This document shows, in pieces, positions 19,212-28,825 of a stretch of 64,000 nt of DNA. The stretch is taken from NCBI GenBank assembly GCA_050951325.1, contig JBMNIW010000012.1, forward strand, positions 192,001 to 256,000. The letters are read 5' to 3'. Each line of letters starts with the position of its first letter. The first letter of the stretch is position 1. The position numbers and the translations under genes were made by a program. The stretch is from Clostridia bacterium (GTDB lineage: Bacteria > Bacillota > Clostridia > UBA1212 > DUPL01). The notes beneath the pieces were generated by a model that was not told the origin of the DNA, made no database searches, and saw only the letters and a list, made by a program, of their open reading frames with translations.

Positions 19212-20693
19212 ATGGACAATACTGATATTTTAGCCACTGAAATAGATGATATAGATACTATAAAAAGTGAAGTTCTGAAAAAAATCAGCGAACTAGCTTT
19301 TGACAACAGACTTGACGAGGCTGACACAATAGCCTTTGAACTTATTCCGGGAGTTCGTCCCAGATTCAGATGTTGTGTATATAGAGAAAGAGAGATAATA
19401 CGACAAAGAGTCCGAATGGCCATGGGCAAACTGCCTACTGATTCCCATTACAAGGATCTAGACCCATCATTGATGGTGCACGTCATTTCCAGCGCATGCG
19501 AAGGATGTCCCATTGCGAGATACACTGTAACCGACAATTGTCAGAACTGTCTCACTCACAAGTGTATAAAAGTATGTCCTTTTGGCGCTATTTCAAGAAC
19601 ACCCAGAGGCTCGGTTATTGACAAAACCCTTTGCAGAAACTGCGGCAAATGCGCCGAAGCATGCCCATATTCCGCAATAGTAGATATAATAAGGCCCTGT
19701 GTGAAGGTATGTCCCGTAGATGCCATCAACATGGATAAAAATGATATTGCGGTAATTGACAAGGATAAATGCATTAACTGTGGAGCATGCGTGACCGGAT
19801 GTCCTTTTGGTGCTATTTCCGATGTTTCAATGATTACAAATGTTATAAACCTGCTGCTTGACCATACAAAGAAAGTGTATGCTGTAGTCGCTCCTTCGAT
19901 TCAAGGCCAGTTTGGCAAAGATATATCTTTGGGAATGATTAAAGGAGCCATACTTAATCTTGGTTTTGATGGCATATACGAGGCAGCGGAAGGTGCAGAC
20001 TCCGTGGCATACATGGAGGCAAAGGAACTTTTAGAGTTTAAAAAAGAAGGGAAGCCTCTTCTTTCATCCTGCTGCCCATCCTTCTTTACTCTTGTGGAAA
20101 ACTATTTCCCCGAGCTTAAAGATAATGTTTCCACCCTGGTGCCTCCAATGGCAGCCAGTGCGATATATATAAAAAACATGGACCCTGATGCTGAAATTGT
20201 TTTCATAGGTCCATGCATCTCCAAAAAAGCAGATGTCCTAAGCAACTATATAAACATTATCTCTGCAGTGCTTACATTTGAAGAGCTTGTTGCAATGCTC
20301 AGGGCGAAAAGAATCAACATAAGAAACCAGGCAGACATGTCCTCGGATTCATCCTCTTACGGTAAAGGCTTTGCACGCTCTGGTGGTGTTGCCCAGGCTA
20401 TAAGGAAAGTCGTGAGTGAACTTGAGGGCGATGAAGCATCAAGCAGTTTGGAAATCCAAATTTGTGACGGCAGCAAGGAGTGCATAAACGCATTAAAACT
20501 ACTCAAGCACAACAGGCTCCGGGTTGACTTTGTAGAGGGTATGTGCTGCACTGGAGGATGCATTGCTGGCCCTTCAGTTTTACAGGATGCTTCCCACACA
20601 AAAAAACTCTTTAAACCTTCTGATGAAGATACTTCCATTGAGAGTGCAGTCTTGAAATTAAGAATAAACGAACTTGATATTCACCGCACTTGA
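19212..20693 (+). CDS. Monomeric [FeFe]-hydrogenase (group B-like) with polyferredoxin N-terminus
   Basis: RCCVYRERE, several CxxCxxCxxxCP motifs, and H-cluster motifs SSCCP, GPCISKK, EGMCCTGGCIAGP. Confidence 0.9.
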   Translation: MDNTDILATEIDDIDTIKSEVLKKISELAFDNRLDEADTIAFELIPGVRPRFRCCVYREREIIRQRVRMAMGKLPTDSHYKDLDPSLMVHVISSACEGCPIARYTVTDNCQNCLTHKCIKVCPFGAISRTPRGSVIDKTLCRNCGKCAEACPYSAIVDIIRPCVKVCPVDAINMDKNDIAVIDKDKCINCGACVTGCPFGAISDVSMITNVINLLLDHTKKVYAVVAPSIQGQFGKDISLGMIKGAILNLGFDGIYEAAEGADSVAYMEAKELLEFKKEGKPLLSSCCPSFFTLVENYFPELKDNVSTLVPPMAASAIYIKNMDPDAEIVFIGPCISKKADVLSNYINIISAVLTFEELVAMLRAKRINIRNQADMSSDSSSYGKGFARSGGVAQAIRKVVSELEGDEASSSLEIQICDGSKECINALKLLKHNRLRVDFVEGMCCTGGCIAGPSVLQDASHTKKLFKPSDEDTSIESAVLKLRINELDIHRT

Positions 20694-21553
20694 TAATTCG
20701 ACGGATCATATTCAGGCACTGCGCCAAGTCTTGTTACTACAAACGAACTTAACTGAACCGCCTTGTCAAGACAAGCCTGCAAATTATTCCCTTTTAGGTA
20801 ATTATATAAAAATGCTGCGGAAAAACTATCTCCTGCTCCAACTGTTGAGACAACCTTTACAGGTGTTGGTTTGGATTTGTGAAATTCTTTGTCTTTTGCA
20901 GAATACAAAAATGCACCCTCTTCACCCAATGTGACCAATATTATTTTAATATCATATTCCTTTGCCAGCTTTATGGAGAGTTCTTCAAGATTTGAGTACT
21001 CCAGCAAACCTGTCTCCTTAAATACAAAAGCTTCTTCCTCACTAATTTTCAATATTGTACTGTGCACAAGACTTTCTTCTACGATTTCCCTTGTATAGAA
21101 GTCCTGCCGAATATTTATATCACAAAACACTTCATCGAAGTTGCAACCCCTTACAAGTTTTTTAAATGTTTCGGAGGACACTACACTTCTTCTAGCCAGT
21201 GTACCCATGTAAAAGGCATCATAATGCAATTTCAATGCTTCCTCATCTACCGTAATATTATCGTAAGCCACATCTCTTACCAAATAATATGTAGGATTTC
21301 CGTACTCGTCCACACTTACATTGCAAACGCCAGTAGGTTTCTCAAGTACCTTTATGAATCTGTCATCAATTCCAAATTTCCGTACCATTTTTAACGATTC
21401 CTGACCAAGGCCGTCCTTTCCCACAGCAGAAACCACCTGGACTTCGCCCCCCAGTTTTGAAAGATGCGCACCAAAATTCAAGGGAGCTCCTCCAATTTCA
21501 TATTTCCCGGGAAAAACATCCCATAAGATTTCGCCAAAAACCAGTATTTTCAT
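20681..21553 (-). CDS. PfkB-family fructokinase-like sugar kinase
   Basis: FGEILWD, GGAPLN, STVGAGDSF. Confidence 0.9.
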   Translation of the reverse strand: MKILVFGEILWDVFPGKYEIGGAPLNFGAHLSKLGGEVQVVSAVGKDGLGQESLKMVRKFGIDDRFIKVLEKPTGVCNVSVDEYGNPTYYLVRDVAYDNITVDEEALKLHYDAFYMGTLARRSVVSSETFKKLVRGCNFDEVFCDINIRQDFYTREIVEESLVHSTILKISEEEAFVFKETGLLEYSNLEELSIKLAKEYDIKIILVTLGEEGAFLYSAKDKEFHKSKPTPVKVVSTVGAGDSFSAAFLYNYLKGNNLQACLDKAVQLSSFVVTRLGAVPEYDPSNYQVR

Positions 21554-21560
21554 AAAACAC

Positions 21561-22241
21561 CTACTTTGCTTTTGGGTATTCGAAACATAAGTAGTAAAGA
21601 GGTTTTTCGTCTTCCACTATTGTAGGGAACCTGGGCTGTTCCACATAGAACCTGTTGTCATTCTTGTCATCATTGACCATGGAAACTTCGCCTATCAACA
21701 CCTTGCCCTTGCCTTCTTCCGCCCAGAATTCATGATACAAATATGGAGGAAGAGTAATGCTTTCACCCGGTGTCAGTCTAATAACGCTACCTGCTTTGAC
21801 TGTTCTTATGCAGCCATCGATAGACACTTCCACATCCTCATCAGACAAACCGTCATCCTCTGCAGCCTTCCAAACCTTTATAAGAAGGTTCCCACCACCA
21901 CGGTTGATAATGTCCTCCATCTTGTGCCAGTGATAGTGTATGGGGTTGAACTGATTCTCGTCGCTAATAAGTATTTTCTCCGCATAGGGTTTCTTGTATC
22001 TTGGGTCCTTCACACTTCCGTTTCTGATAGTGAAAAGAACAAGACCGTGGTTACTAAAGTCCCCTTTGCCATAGTCTGTTATGTCCCATCCAAGCATATT
22101 GTGGCGAATTTCATCTGCTTCATGCCCCTTTTGCTCCCATTCTTCCGGACTCCAATAGGCAAAAGGCGGTAGGTTGAAGTTCATTTTTTTAATGAACTCA
22201 ATGTTTTCCTTTAAGAGTGCATTTACTTCTGATCTCTTCAT
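21561..22241 (-). CDS. D-lyxose/D-mannose family ketol-isomerase (cupin)
   Basis: LGWDITDYG, YAEK, PIHYHWHKMEDIINRGGG, GEVSMVNDD. Confidence 0.9.
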   Translation of the reverse strand: MKRSEVNALLKENIEFIKKMNFNLPPFAYWSPEEWEQKGHEADEIRHNMLGWDITDYGKGDFSNHGLVLFTIRNGSVKDPRYKKPYAEKILISDENQFNPIHYHWHKMEDIINRGGGNLLIKVWKAAEDDGLSDEDVEVSIDGCIRTVKAGSVIRLTPGESITLPPYLYHEFWAEEGKGKVLIGEVSMVNDDKNDNRFYVEQPRFPTIVEDEKPLYYLCFEYPKAK

Positions 22242-22255
22242 AAAATCACCTTAAT

Positions 22256-22906
22256 TTATGTATTTTTATCCGCTACAACGGTAACCAGCAGCATTCCTGA
22301 CTTGCAGCTTATAGTTGCCTCGTCCTCCACAAACTCATTGCTCACACCCAATGGGAACCTGTTGGTCAGTTTATGGTCTTCCAGCTCGTACTTGACTCCC
22401 TTCAAGCTGACTCCGGTACATACATCCGAATAGGCAAACACGGAAAGGGTGGCGTTTTCCCTTTTGGGTATTTTAATCTCCGCATTGGATATGATGGTAA
22501 ACATGTTTTTCTTGTCCTGCATTCTTACACTTACACCCTTGTCGCAGCCATATGCAAGGGTCTGTATGTTTGCATATGTATGGTCGCTTCGACCGCCAAA
22601 CCCTCCTACTATAACAAACTCCTCAAACCCTTTCTCCAGCCCATATTTCAGGCAAAACAGGGTATCGGTGTCGTCCTTCTCCACGGGAAGGCAAACCACG
22701 TCCAAAAGGCTGTGTCCCGAAATGCTGACTTCCGAATCCAGTGAATCAAAATCTCCAACAATTACTCTGGGAACGATGTTTTCCTTTCTGGCTAGTTCAT
22801 ACCCTGCATCCGCACAGATAATGAAGTCCCCTTTTTCAATTTCAATACTTTCTTTAATCAAGTAATCGTTGTATGCTGTGATAATTACACATCTAGACAT
22901 CGTCAT
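22256..22906 (-). CDS. thiN: Thiamine diphosphokinase
   Basis: ICADAG, VGDFDS, EKDDTDT, GGRSDH, GVSNE. Confidence 0.9.
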   Translation of the reverse strand: MTMSRCVIITAYNDYLIKESIEIEKGDFIICADAGYELARKENIVPRVIVGDFDSLDSEVSISGHSLLDVVCLPVEKDDTDTLFCLKYGLEKGFEEFVIVGGFGGRSDHTYANIQTLAYGCDKGVSVRMQDKKNMFTIISNAEIKIPKRENATLSVFAYSDVCTGVSLKGVKYELEDHKLTNRFPLGVSNEFVEDEATISCKSGMLLVTVVADKNT

Positions 22907-22919
22907 CTACCCCACACTT

Positions 22920-25079
22920 TTAATATTTTTTATTACTCAACAGGTAAGCAACATAGGATGTAAATCCATGGTTGCAGCTTGCTTCAGGTGTCAGGTTCTC
23001 CCAAAGGGTTCCCGTTTTTTCCGCCATGTAATAGAAGTAGTCCTTGATTTCCTCCTTTAATTTGTCAGTATAACCAAATCGCTTTAACAAATCCAGTCTC
23101 AGTACAGCACCGATAAAGGCATTCGAAGGATATACGTTAGGATATGTTTTACTTGCATCCCGCTTCGGTCCCATTTCATCAACCAACTTGCCCCAAAGAG
23201 CTTTATGGGTATCTGGAGTCGCAATATCCATAAAGAATGCATAGTACTGGCATGTTTCACTGGTTTCGTTTGTTGAGACAAGCACGCCATCCTTCCTTAT
23301 TTCATTATCCACAAAGAACTCTCCGTTAAAGGACCTCTCCAGAATCACCTCTTTTATTTTCTCTGCCTTTTCAATTAACTTGTCGTCATTGTACAGCCTG
23401 CCAGCATTTTCAAGAGTTGATGAATAAAGCATGTTTGAAGGATAGTTGACATCCTGCACAAAGTCGTTTGCCCGGGACCACTCTACAAAGACCCAGCTCT
23501 CAAGCTTCTCAAGAAGGCCGTATTCATTCTCAAACTTTTTGAAGTAATCCAGCAGTTCATATACTCTATCCTTTAACTTTTCTGCCAGCTCTTTTGCATT
23601 TTCATTGTCTTCATTTCTCTTTACAAAGTCATAAAGCTCCTTAACAAACCACATTGCCCAGTTAGGTATGAAGACCTTGTCGTAATGGTCGGAAGGATAG
23701 CACATGGGAAGCATTCCTTTTGGAAGGTGTTCAAATTTCTCTGGCAAAAGGAAGTTCTCCAAGAAGTTATACTCAATTGCATTTTCTCCCGTAAGGACTT
23801 TTTCAGCTCTTGCTGTAAAAAAGCTGTCGCACAGCCAGCCCGCCCTTTCCCTTGTGGGGCAGTCCATGAAAATGTCCACAGCATTCTGTTTGTATGTGTT
23901 TACCGCGCTTTCTAGAACTTTTCTCAGTTTCTCATCCTGCAATATGTCGTTATCTATAAATTCTTCCAGGCACATAAGAGGCACGGAGCAGATGTATTCC
24001 CTTACTTTTACATTGCGTACTTCAACCTCTCCTTTTGTGCACACAAACTTTATATACTTGAACCCATATGACTCAAAGGATATAAAGTCGTAGCTGCCCT
24101 TTTCCATTTCAATCTTGATAACATTCGTACAGCCGTTGGCAAGTCCTTCCACATCATTATGCTCGTTGATTCTCTCATCGAACATTATGTACAGGTCCGC
24201 ATCTTCTTTACAAATAAAACCTGCAGCTATAAAGCCGGTACGCTCACTGTCCAGACTGTACACAACAATGTCATTTGCAAATAGCTTGTCGCTACCTTCG
24301 TAGTCTTCTGACACCTTGACAGGTTCAAACTTGAACTCCTGGGCAACATCCTCAAGGCAAACATCAAGCTCGTCATACTTGTATCCAAGTTGCATAGGTC
24401 CAATGTTTGCAACATGTCTTGTTCTTAAATATTCTTTAGGTTTTTCTCCAAAAGAACAGGTACCTCTTGCAATAATCTTGTCCACATTGCATTCGGGGTG
24501 GGTATATGTTGGAATTCTTCTTTCTATAAATTTCTTGCTATCAGTATGGGTGGGTACCAAAAAGTCATCGCCAATACTTACATCCGTGAATAGCATGTTG
24601 TAATTGCTGTTTAGTTTGTAAACTTCAGTAAAGGTTCTTTGAAATGAATACTTGTCCGTCTTTTTAATGCGCTCTTTGTATGGTCTTGAGTAGAATGGAT
24701 TGCAGCTGCCTGTTGCAGCCAGTACTATGCCGTAAGTCTCTTCCACAATCTCAGCCTGCAAGAACGAAGGCTGGTTCAGAGTGTAATAGTTGTTTATGTT
24801 ATATCCTGCTACCAATATCGCAACTACATTGTCACCTAAATCCAAATCCTCTGTAATATCAATTTCATCAACACGATAATACCCATGAGCGGTACGGCAG
24901 GGTCCTGTTGTAATGAATTTGCCGTTAATAAACAGCTGATACACTGTAGATGCTGCAATTCTGACTACGTATCTCTTACCACTGTTCTCATTGCACAGAA
25001 TAACGGTTTTGAACAGCATGGAATAGTTCATCTCTTTTTCTTTTCCCTTTTGCCATACCGGCAACGCTTCTTTAAACAT
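22920..25079 (-). CDS. GH78 alpha-L-rhamnosidase-like glycoside hydrolase
   Basis: FMDCPTRERAGWLCD, TGTLWE, SCNHGF. Confidence 0.8.
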   Translation of the reverse strand: MFKEALPVWQKGKEKEMNYSMLFKTVILCNENSGKRYVVRIAASTVYQLFINGKFITTGPCRTAHGYYRVDEIDITEDLDLGDNVVAILVAGYNINNYYTLNQPSFLQAEIVEETYGIVLAATGSCNPFYSRPYKERIKKTDKYSFQRTFTEVYKLNSNYNMLFTDVSIGDDFLVPTHTDSKKFIERRIPTYTHPECNVDKIIARGTCSFGEKPKEYLRTRHVANIGPMQLGYKYDELDVCLEDVAQEFKFEPVKVSEDYEGSDKLFANDIVVYSLDSERTGFIAAGFICKEDADLYIMFDERINEHNDVEGLANGCTNVIKIEMEKGSYDFISFESYGFKYIKFVCTKGEVEVRNVKVREYICSVPLMCLEEFIDNDILQDEKLRKVLESAVNTYKQNAVDIFMDCPTRERAGWLCDSFFTARAEKVLTGENAIEYNFLENFLLPEKFEHLPKGMLPMCYPSDHYDKVFIPNWAMWFVKELYDFVKRNEDNENAKELAEKLKDRVYELLDYFKKFENEYGLLEKLESWVFVEWSRANDFVQDVNYPSNMLYSSTLENAGRLYNDDKLIEKAEKIKEVILERSFNGEFFVDNEIRKDGVLVSTNETSETCQYYAFFMDIATPDTHKALWGKLVDEMGPKRDASKTYPNVYPSNAFIGAVLRLDLLKRFGYTDKLKEEIKDYFYYMAEKTGTLWENLTPEASCNHGFTSYVAYLLSNKKY

Positions 25080-25165
25080 AATATAACAACCATCCTTTAA
25101 ATTACATAAATCAGATAAAGCATATATTAGATTACTATTTCAACATAACAATGTCAACAATAATA

Positions 25166-26362
25166 CTACCTTTTTGCCTCATAAACAACATTGCCATCAA
25201 TTATTGTGTACAGGGTCTTGGTAAAGGTCTCCATCGGATTACCAGAGAATATGGCAATGTCCGCATCCTTCCCCACCTCTATGCTGCCCACCCTATGAGC
25301 AACCCTGCAAATCTCAGCAGCATTAATGGTAATGGCTCTTAAACCTTCTTCCACACCCAGGCCTTCCTTTGCTGCAAGGCCTGCACACAAGCCAAGGCTG
25401 GTTATCAATGAAACCGGATGATCCGTGGTGATGGCCACCTTGATACCTTTTTTTGCAAGAACACCCGGAACCTTGAAATCCGAGTACTGTACCTCTATTT
25501 TGTTCCGAGAAGCAAGTGTAGGCCCGATTATTACCGGATATCCCGAAGCAAGTATTTCGTCCACTATAAGGTGGCCTTCGGTGCAGTGGTCAAGTGTCAT
25601 GTCCAAATCAAACTGCTTTGCAATCCTTATGGCAGTTAATATGTCATCTACCCTGTGTACATGAGCTTTCAAAGGAATCTTCTTTTCCAAAACAGGAAGC
25701 CAGCACTCCATTCTAAAGTCTTCTTCAAATTCCTCTCCATTTTGCATTGCCTTGTCCTTATCCTGTTTGTACAGAACAGCTTCGTGCAACTCTTCTCTTA
25801 GCATTGAAGCAATCGTCATTCTAGTCGAGGGCATCATTCCATTATCTCCGTAGGCCCTCTTGGGGTTTTCACCAAACGCAACTTTCATGGCAGCAGGTTC
25901 CAAAACTATAAGGTCATCTATTTTCCTTCCTCTGGTCTTCAAGAAAACAAACTGGCCTCCAACTACATTTGAACTTCCAGGACCTGTCATAACAGAGGTA
26001 ATCCCCGCCCTTACTGCGTTTTCAAAGGCCGAATCCATTGCATTTACAGCATCTATTGCTTTCAAGTATGGGGTTACAGGTTCCATTGTCTCATTGCTGT
26101 CGTTTCCTTCCATGCCCTTTTTCTCTTCTTGGATGCCTATATGACTATGGGCATCAATCAAGCCAGGCATTGCAATATTCCCTCTTGCATTTATAACTCT
26201 GACCTTTTCTTTGTCAAAACTATCCAATTTTTCATCTTCTGTAATTATTTTGTCTATTTTACCGTCTTTAACAAATATATGGCCCTTCTTAATTATTTCA
26301 AACTTTTCCTTTCTAGCCATGGTGTAAATACGCGCATTTTTAATTAGCAGCAATGCTAACAC
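25166..26362 (-). CDS. Metal-dependent amidohydrolase
   Basis: MPGLIDAHSHIG, KVAFGENP, TTDHP, GSIEVGKDADI. Confidence 0.9.
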   Translation of the reverse strand: MLALLLIKNARIYTMARKEKFEIIKKGHIFVKDGKIDKIITEDEKLDSFDKEKVRVINARGNIAMPGLIDAHSHIGIQEEKKGMEGNDSNETMEPVTPYLKAIDAVNAMDSAFENAVRAGITSVMTGPGSSNVVGGQFVFLKTRGRKIDDLIVLEPAAMKVAFGENPKRAYGDNGMMPSTRMTIASMLREELHEAVLYKQDKDKAMQNGEEFEEDFRMECWLPVLEKKIPLKAHVHRVDDILTAIRIAKQFDLDMTLDHCTEGHLIVDEILASGYPVIIGPTLASRNKIEVQYSDFKVPGVLAKKGIKVAITTDHPVSLITSLGLCAGLAAKEGLGVEEGLRAITINAAEICRVAHRVGSIEVGKDADIAIFSGNPMETFTKTLYTIIDGNVVYEAKR

Positions 26363-26497
26363 CTTCTTTTGCTTTTTTTATATTATCTGTTTTTTGGGTT
26401 TTTATATTCTTTTCCCATGAATAATATTTTGCTCTGTGCAAATAATAACGTTGTCTTCTATATGAAGATAGATCAAGAAAGGCAGTGAATTTTTAAA

Positions 26498-26641
26498 ATG
26501 GATCAAGACAACAGGAACAAAAACAAGAATAAGAATAACCGCAATGAGCAATGCTGTGACAACAATCAGAACAACAGGCAGAACCAGCAGAACAGACAGA
26601 ATCAGAACAGACAGAACCAGAATCAAAACCAGAACAGATAG
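26498..26641 (+). CDS. 47-aa Asn/Gln/Arg-rich small protein (not in the ORF track)
   Basis: MDQDNRNKNKNKNNRNEQCCDNNQNNRQNQQNRQNQNRQNQNQNQNR; AGAAAGG RBS-like sequence upstream and a terminator downstream. Confidence 0.65.
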   Translation: MDQDNRNKNKNKNNRNEQCCDNNQNNRQNQQNRQNQNRQNQNQNQNR

Positions 26642-26673
26642 GTTTTGTTGGTTTGTCTAGCTTATTTGCGACA

Positions 26674-26720
26674 AAAAAACAGAGCAATAGAACCTACACT
26701 ATTGCTCTGTCTTTATTTTA
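26674..26720. terminator. Bidirectional intrinsic terminator
   Basis: A run-ACAGAGCAATAG...CTATTGCTCTGT-T-rich tail. Confidence 0.8.
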
Positions 26721-26736
26721 CCTTTTTTTGTAAATC

Positions 26737-28140
26737 CTATTCGGTTTCCACAATCACTGCTTCTTCAGCATCCGGCTTGTCGTCATTCATGTCAACCCCC
26801 AGGTATTCGGGGAGTTGCATGCCTGCCATCTTGAATAGTTCGTTCAAAGGTGGTACTGATGAAATCAGTGATGACAGGAAATTCGACGTGGTTGAACTGC
26901 CTTTGGCACCGCCCATGCTGTCCCAAACAGTTACCTTGTCAATCTTAAGGTTCTTAATAGCCTCAACCTGAATCTTGATAAGCTCTTCAAGCTTGTCAGC
27001 AATAATAAGCTTGACAGCATCATTTGCATTGTCTCCAGCAGCCCTTACGATTTCCCTGAGACCTTCGGCCTGTTTCATAAGTATTTCCTTGTTGCCGCGT
27101 GCTTCGGCTTCAAGTTTTGCAAAGATTGCGTCCGCTTCACCTTTTGCCCTTCGCCTCAACTGTTCAGCTTCCGCCTCAGCCCTGATTTCAAGCGCTTTCT
27201 TCTCGATTTCAGACTTGACTATTGTATCGGCCTCAAGGGTTGCTTTCTCCTTAAGCGCACGGGTTTCTTCCGCTTCTTTCTCTGCCATGTATGCTTCTTT
27301 AAGAGCATTTGCCTCAGCAACTTTCTCTGCTGCGATAGCCTGCCTTAACGATTCCGCTTCTTCCTGTCTTCTTACAGCATTAGACTGGGCAATCTTAATC
27401 TTGACCTCGTTTTCACCTTCGATAGCAAAAGCATCCGCCTGAGCCACCTGAATACGCTGGTCTTTTCTTGCATTTGCCTCACCGATTGAACCGTCTCTTT
27501 CTCTTTCGGCAACGCTCTTCTTAGCATCGTTGATTGCTCTAGCAGCAGCTTCTTTACCAAGTGCCTCTATGTAGCCGGACTCGTCGGTTATGTCGGTGAC
27601 ATTGACGTTGATTAATGTAAGACCGATTTTCTTAAGCTCGGATTCAACGTTAGCTGAAACTGCAGCCAAAAATTTGTCTCTGTCACTGTTGATTTCTTCA
27701 ATAGTCATTGTTGCAATAACGAGACGAAGCTGACCGAATATGATGTCTTTTGCCAATTCCTGAATTTCCTGTGAGGACAGTCTTGCAATTCTTTCAGCAG
27801 CATTCTGCATTATTCCCTCTTCGGTAGATATACCTACCGTAAAACTTGAAGGTACGTTTATCCTAATATTCTGTCTACATAATGCATTGGTCAGCGGTAC
27901 GTTAATGGATATGGGCGTTAGATCCATATATTTGTAATCCTGGATTACAGGGATTACAAAGGCACCTCCACCATGTATACACTTTGCAGATCTGAATTCT
28001 CCATCCCTGCCTTTACGCAGCTTTCCAAATACTACGAGCACCTTGTCGGAAGGACATTTTCTGTATCTGCTCAGTATAAAGATTATGATGCCGAAAAGCA
28101 GAATTACTATCAAGCCAACGATATAGATTAATTCTGGCAT
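26737..28140 (-). CDS. Flotillin (SPFH) membrane scaffold protein
   Basis: N-terminal TM, GGGAFVIPVIQ, GQLRLVIATMTIEEIN, AEA-rich coiled coil. Confidence 0.9.
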   Translation of the reverse strand: MPELIYIVGLIVILLFGIIIFILSRYRKCPSDKVLVVFGKLRKGRDGEFRSAKCIHGGGAFVIPVIQDYKYMDLTPISINVPLTNALCRQNIRINVPSSFTVGISTEEGIMQNAAERIARLSSQEIQELAKDIIFGQLRLVIATMTIEEINSDRDKFLAAVSANVESELKKIGLTLINVNVTDITDESGYIEALGKEAAARAINDAKKSVAERERDGSIGEANARKDQRIQVAQADAFAIEGENEVKIKIAQSNAVRRQEEAESLRQAIAAEKVAEANALKEAYMAEKEAEETRALKEKATLEADTIVKSEIEKKALEIRAEAEAEQLRRRAKGEADAIFAKLEAEARGNKEILMKQAEGLREIVRAAGDNANDAVKLIIADKLEELIKIQVEAIKNLKIDKVTVWDSMGGAKGSSTTSNFLSSLISSVPPLNELFKMAGMQLPEYLGVDMNDDKPDAEEAVIVETE

Positions 28141-28159
28141 TTTTTATCTCCTCTCCCTT

Positions 28160-28768
28160 TTATATTTTTTCCACCACCAATGTATTGGGATGAACAACAT
28201 CCTTAACAATTATCTGACTCCCGGTGGGAATGTCCTCCTTGCTTTCGGTGACTGCATCAAACTCTCTCAGTCGTTCCTGTACCACAACGCTGACTTTTCC
28301 CTTGCCCTTCCCTTTAGGAGGGATAATTAAATATACTGTTCCCTGTTTTCCAACAGCATTCCTGATATTTATGTTACCGCTGTACTGAAGTTTCATGGCC
28401 ATCTGCATCAACTTTGCAAGTAGAAGCATGGTGGCAAATCCCGCCAACAGTCCTATCAGCAATGCAAAAGGAGTTTTCAAACCAGTTTTCAAACAGAAGA
28501 TTGAGGTCCAGCCGCCTATTGCAAAAAAAGCAAGTATGCCTCTAATTGTCAGAAGCTGTAGACCTGAAACATCTGCAAGATCATCAACACCAAAATCGGA
28601 TCCATCCACATCGAAATCCACAGCATCAACACCATCCATTCCATCCATTGCATCGTCTCCAATGCCGAACAGTGCAAGAATGGTTTGGATAACCAGGATT
28701 ACTGAGGAAGAAGTGGCCAATATGTACAATATTTTCTCAAGCATGGATATAGAATCCCACCAGTTCAT
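28160..28768 (-). CDS. NfeD-like membrane protein
   Basis: TM segments plus C-terminal OB-like GTVYLIIP...GKV; adjacent to flotillin. Confidence 0.85.
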   Translation of the reverse strand: MNWWDSISMLEKILYILATSSSVILVIQTILALFGIGDDAMDGMDGVDAVDFDVDGSDFGVDDLADVSGLQLLTIRGILAFFAIGGWTSIFCLKTGLKTPFALLIGLLAGFATMLLLAKLMQMAMKLQYSGNINIRNAVGKQGTVYLIIPPKGKGKGKVSVVVQERLREFDAVTESKEDIPTGSQIIVKDVVHPNTLVVEKI

Positions 28769-28825
28769 AGCTTCCCTCCCAAAGGCAATACTATCTATAT
28801 TTATATTATATTTTATTGCAAATAA

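Noticed and set aside
26402-26687. Minus-strand 74-aa and 64-aa ORFs
   Set aside because: Antisense shadows of the N/Q-rich plus-strand micro-ORF, which has the RBS-like sequence and terminator
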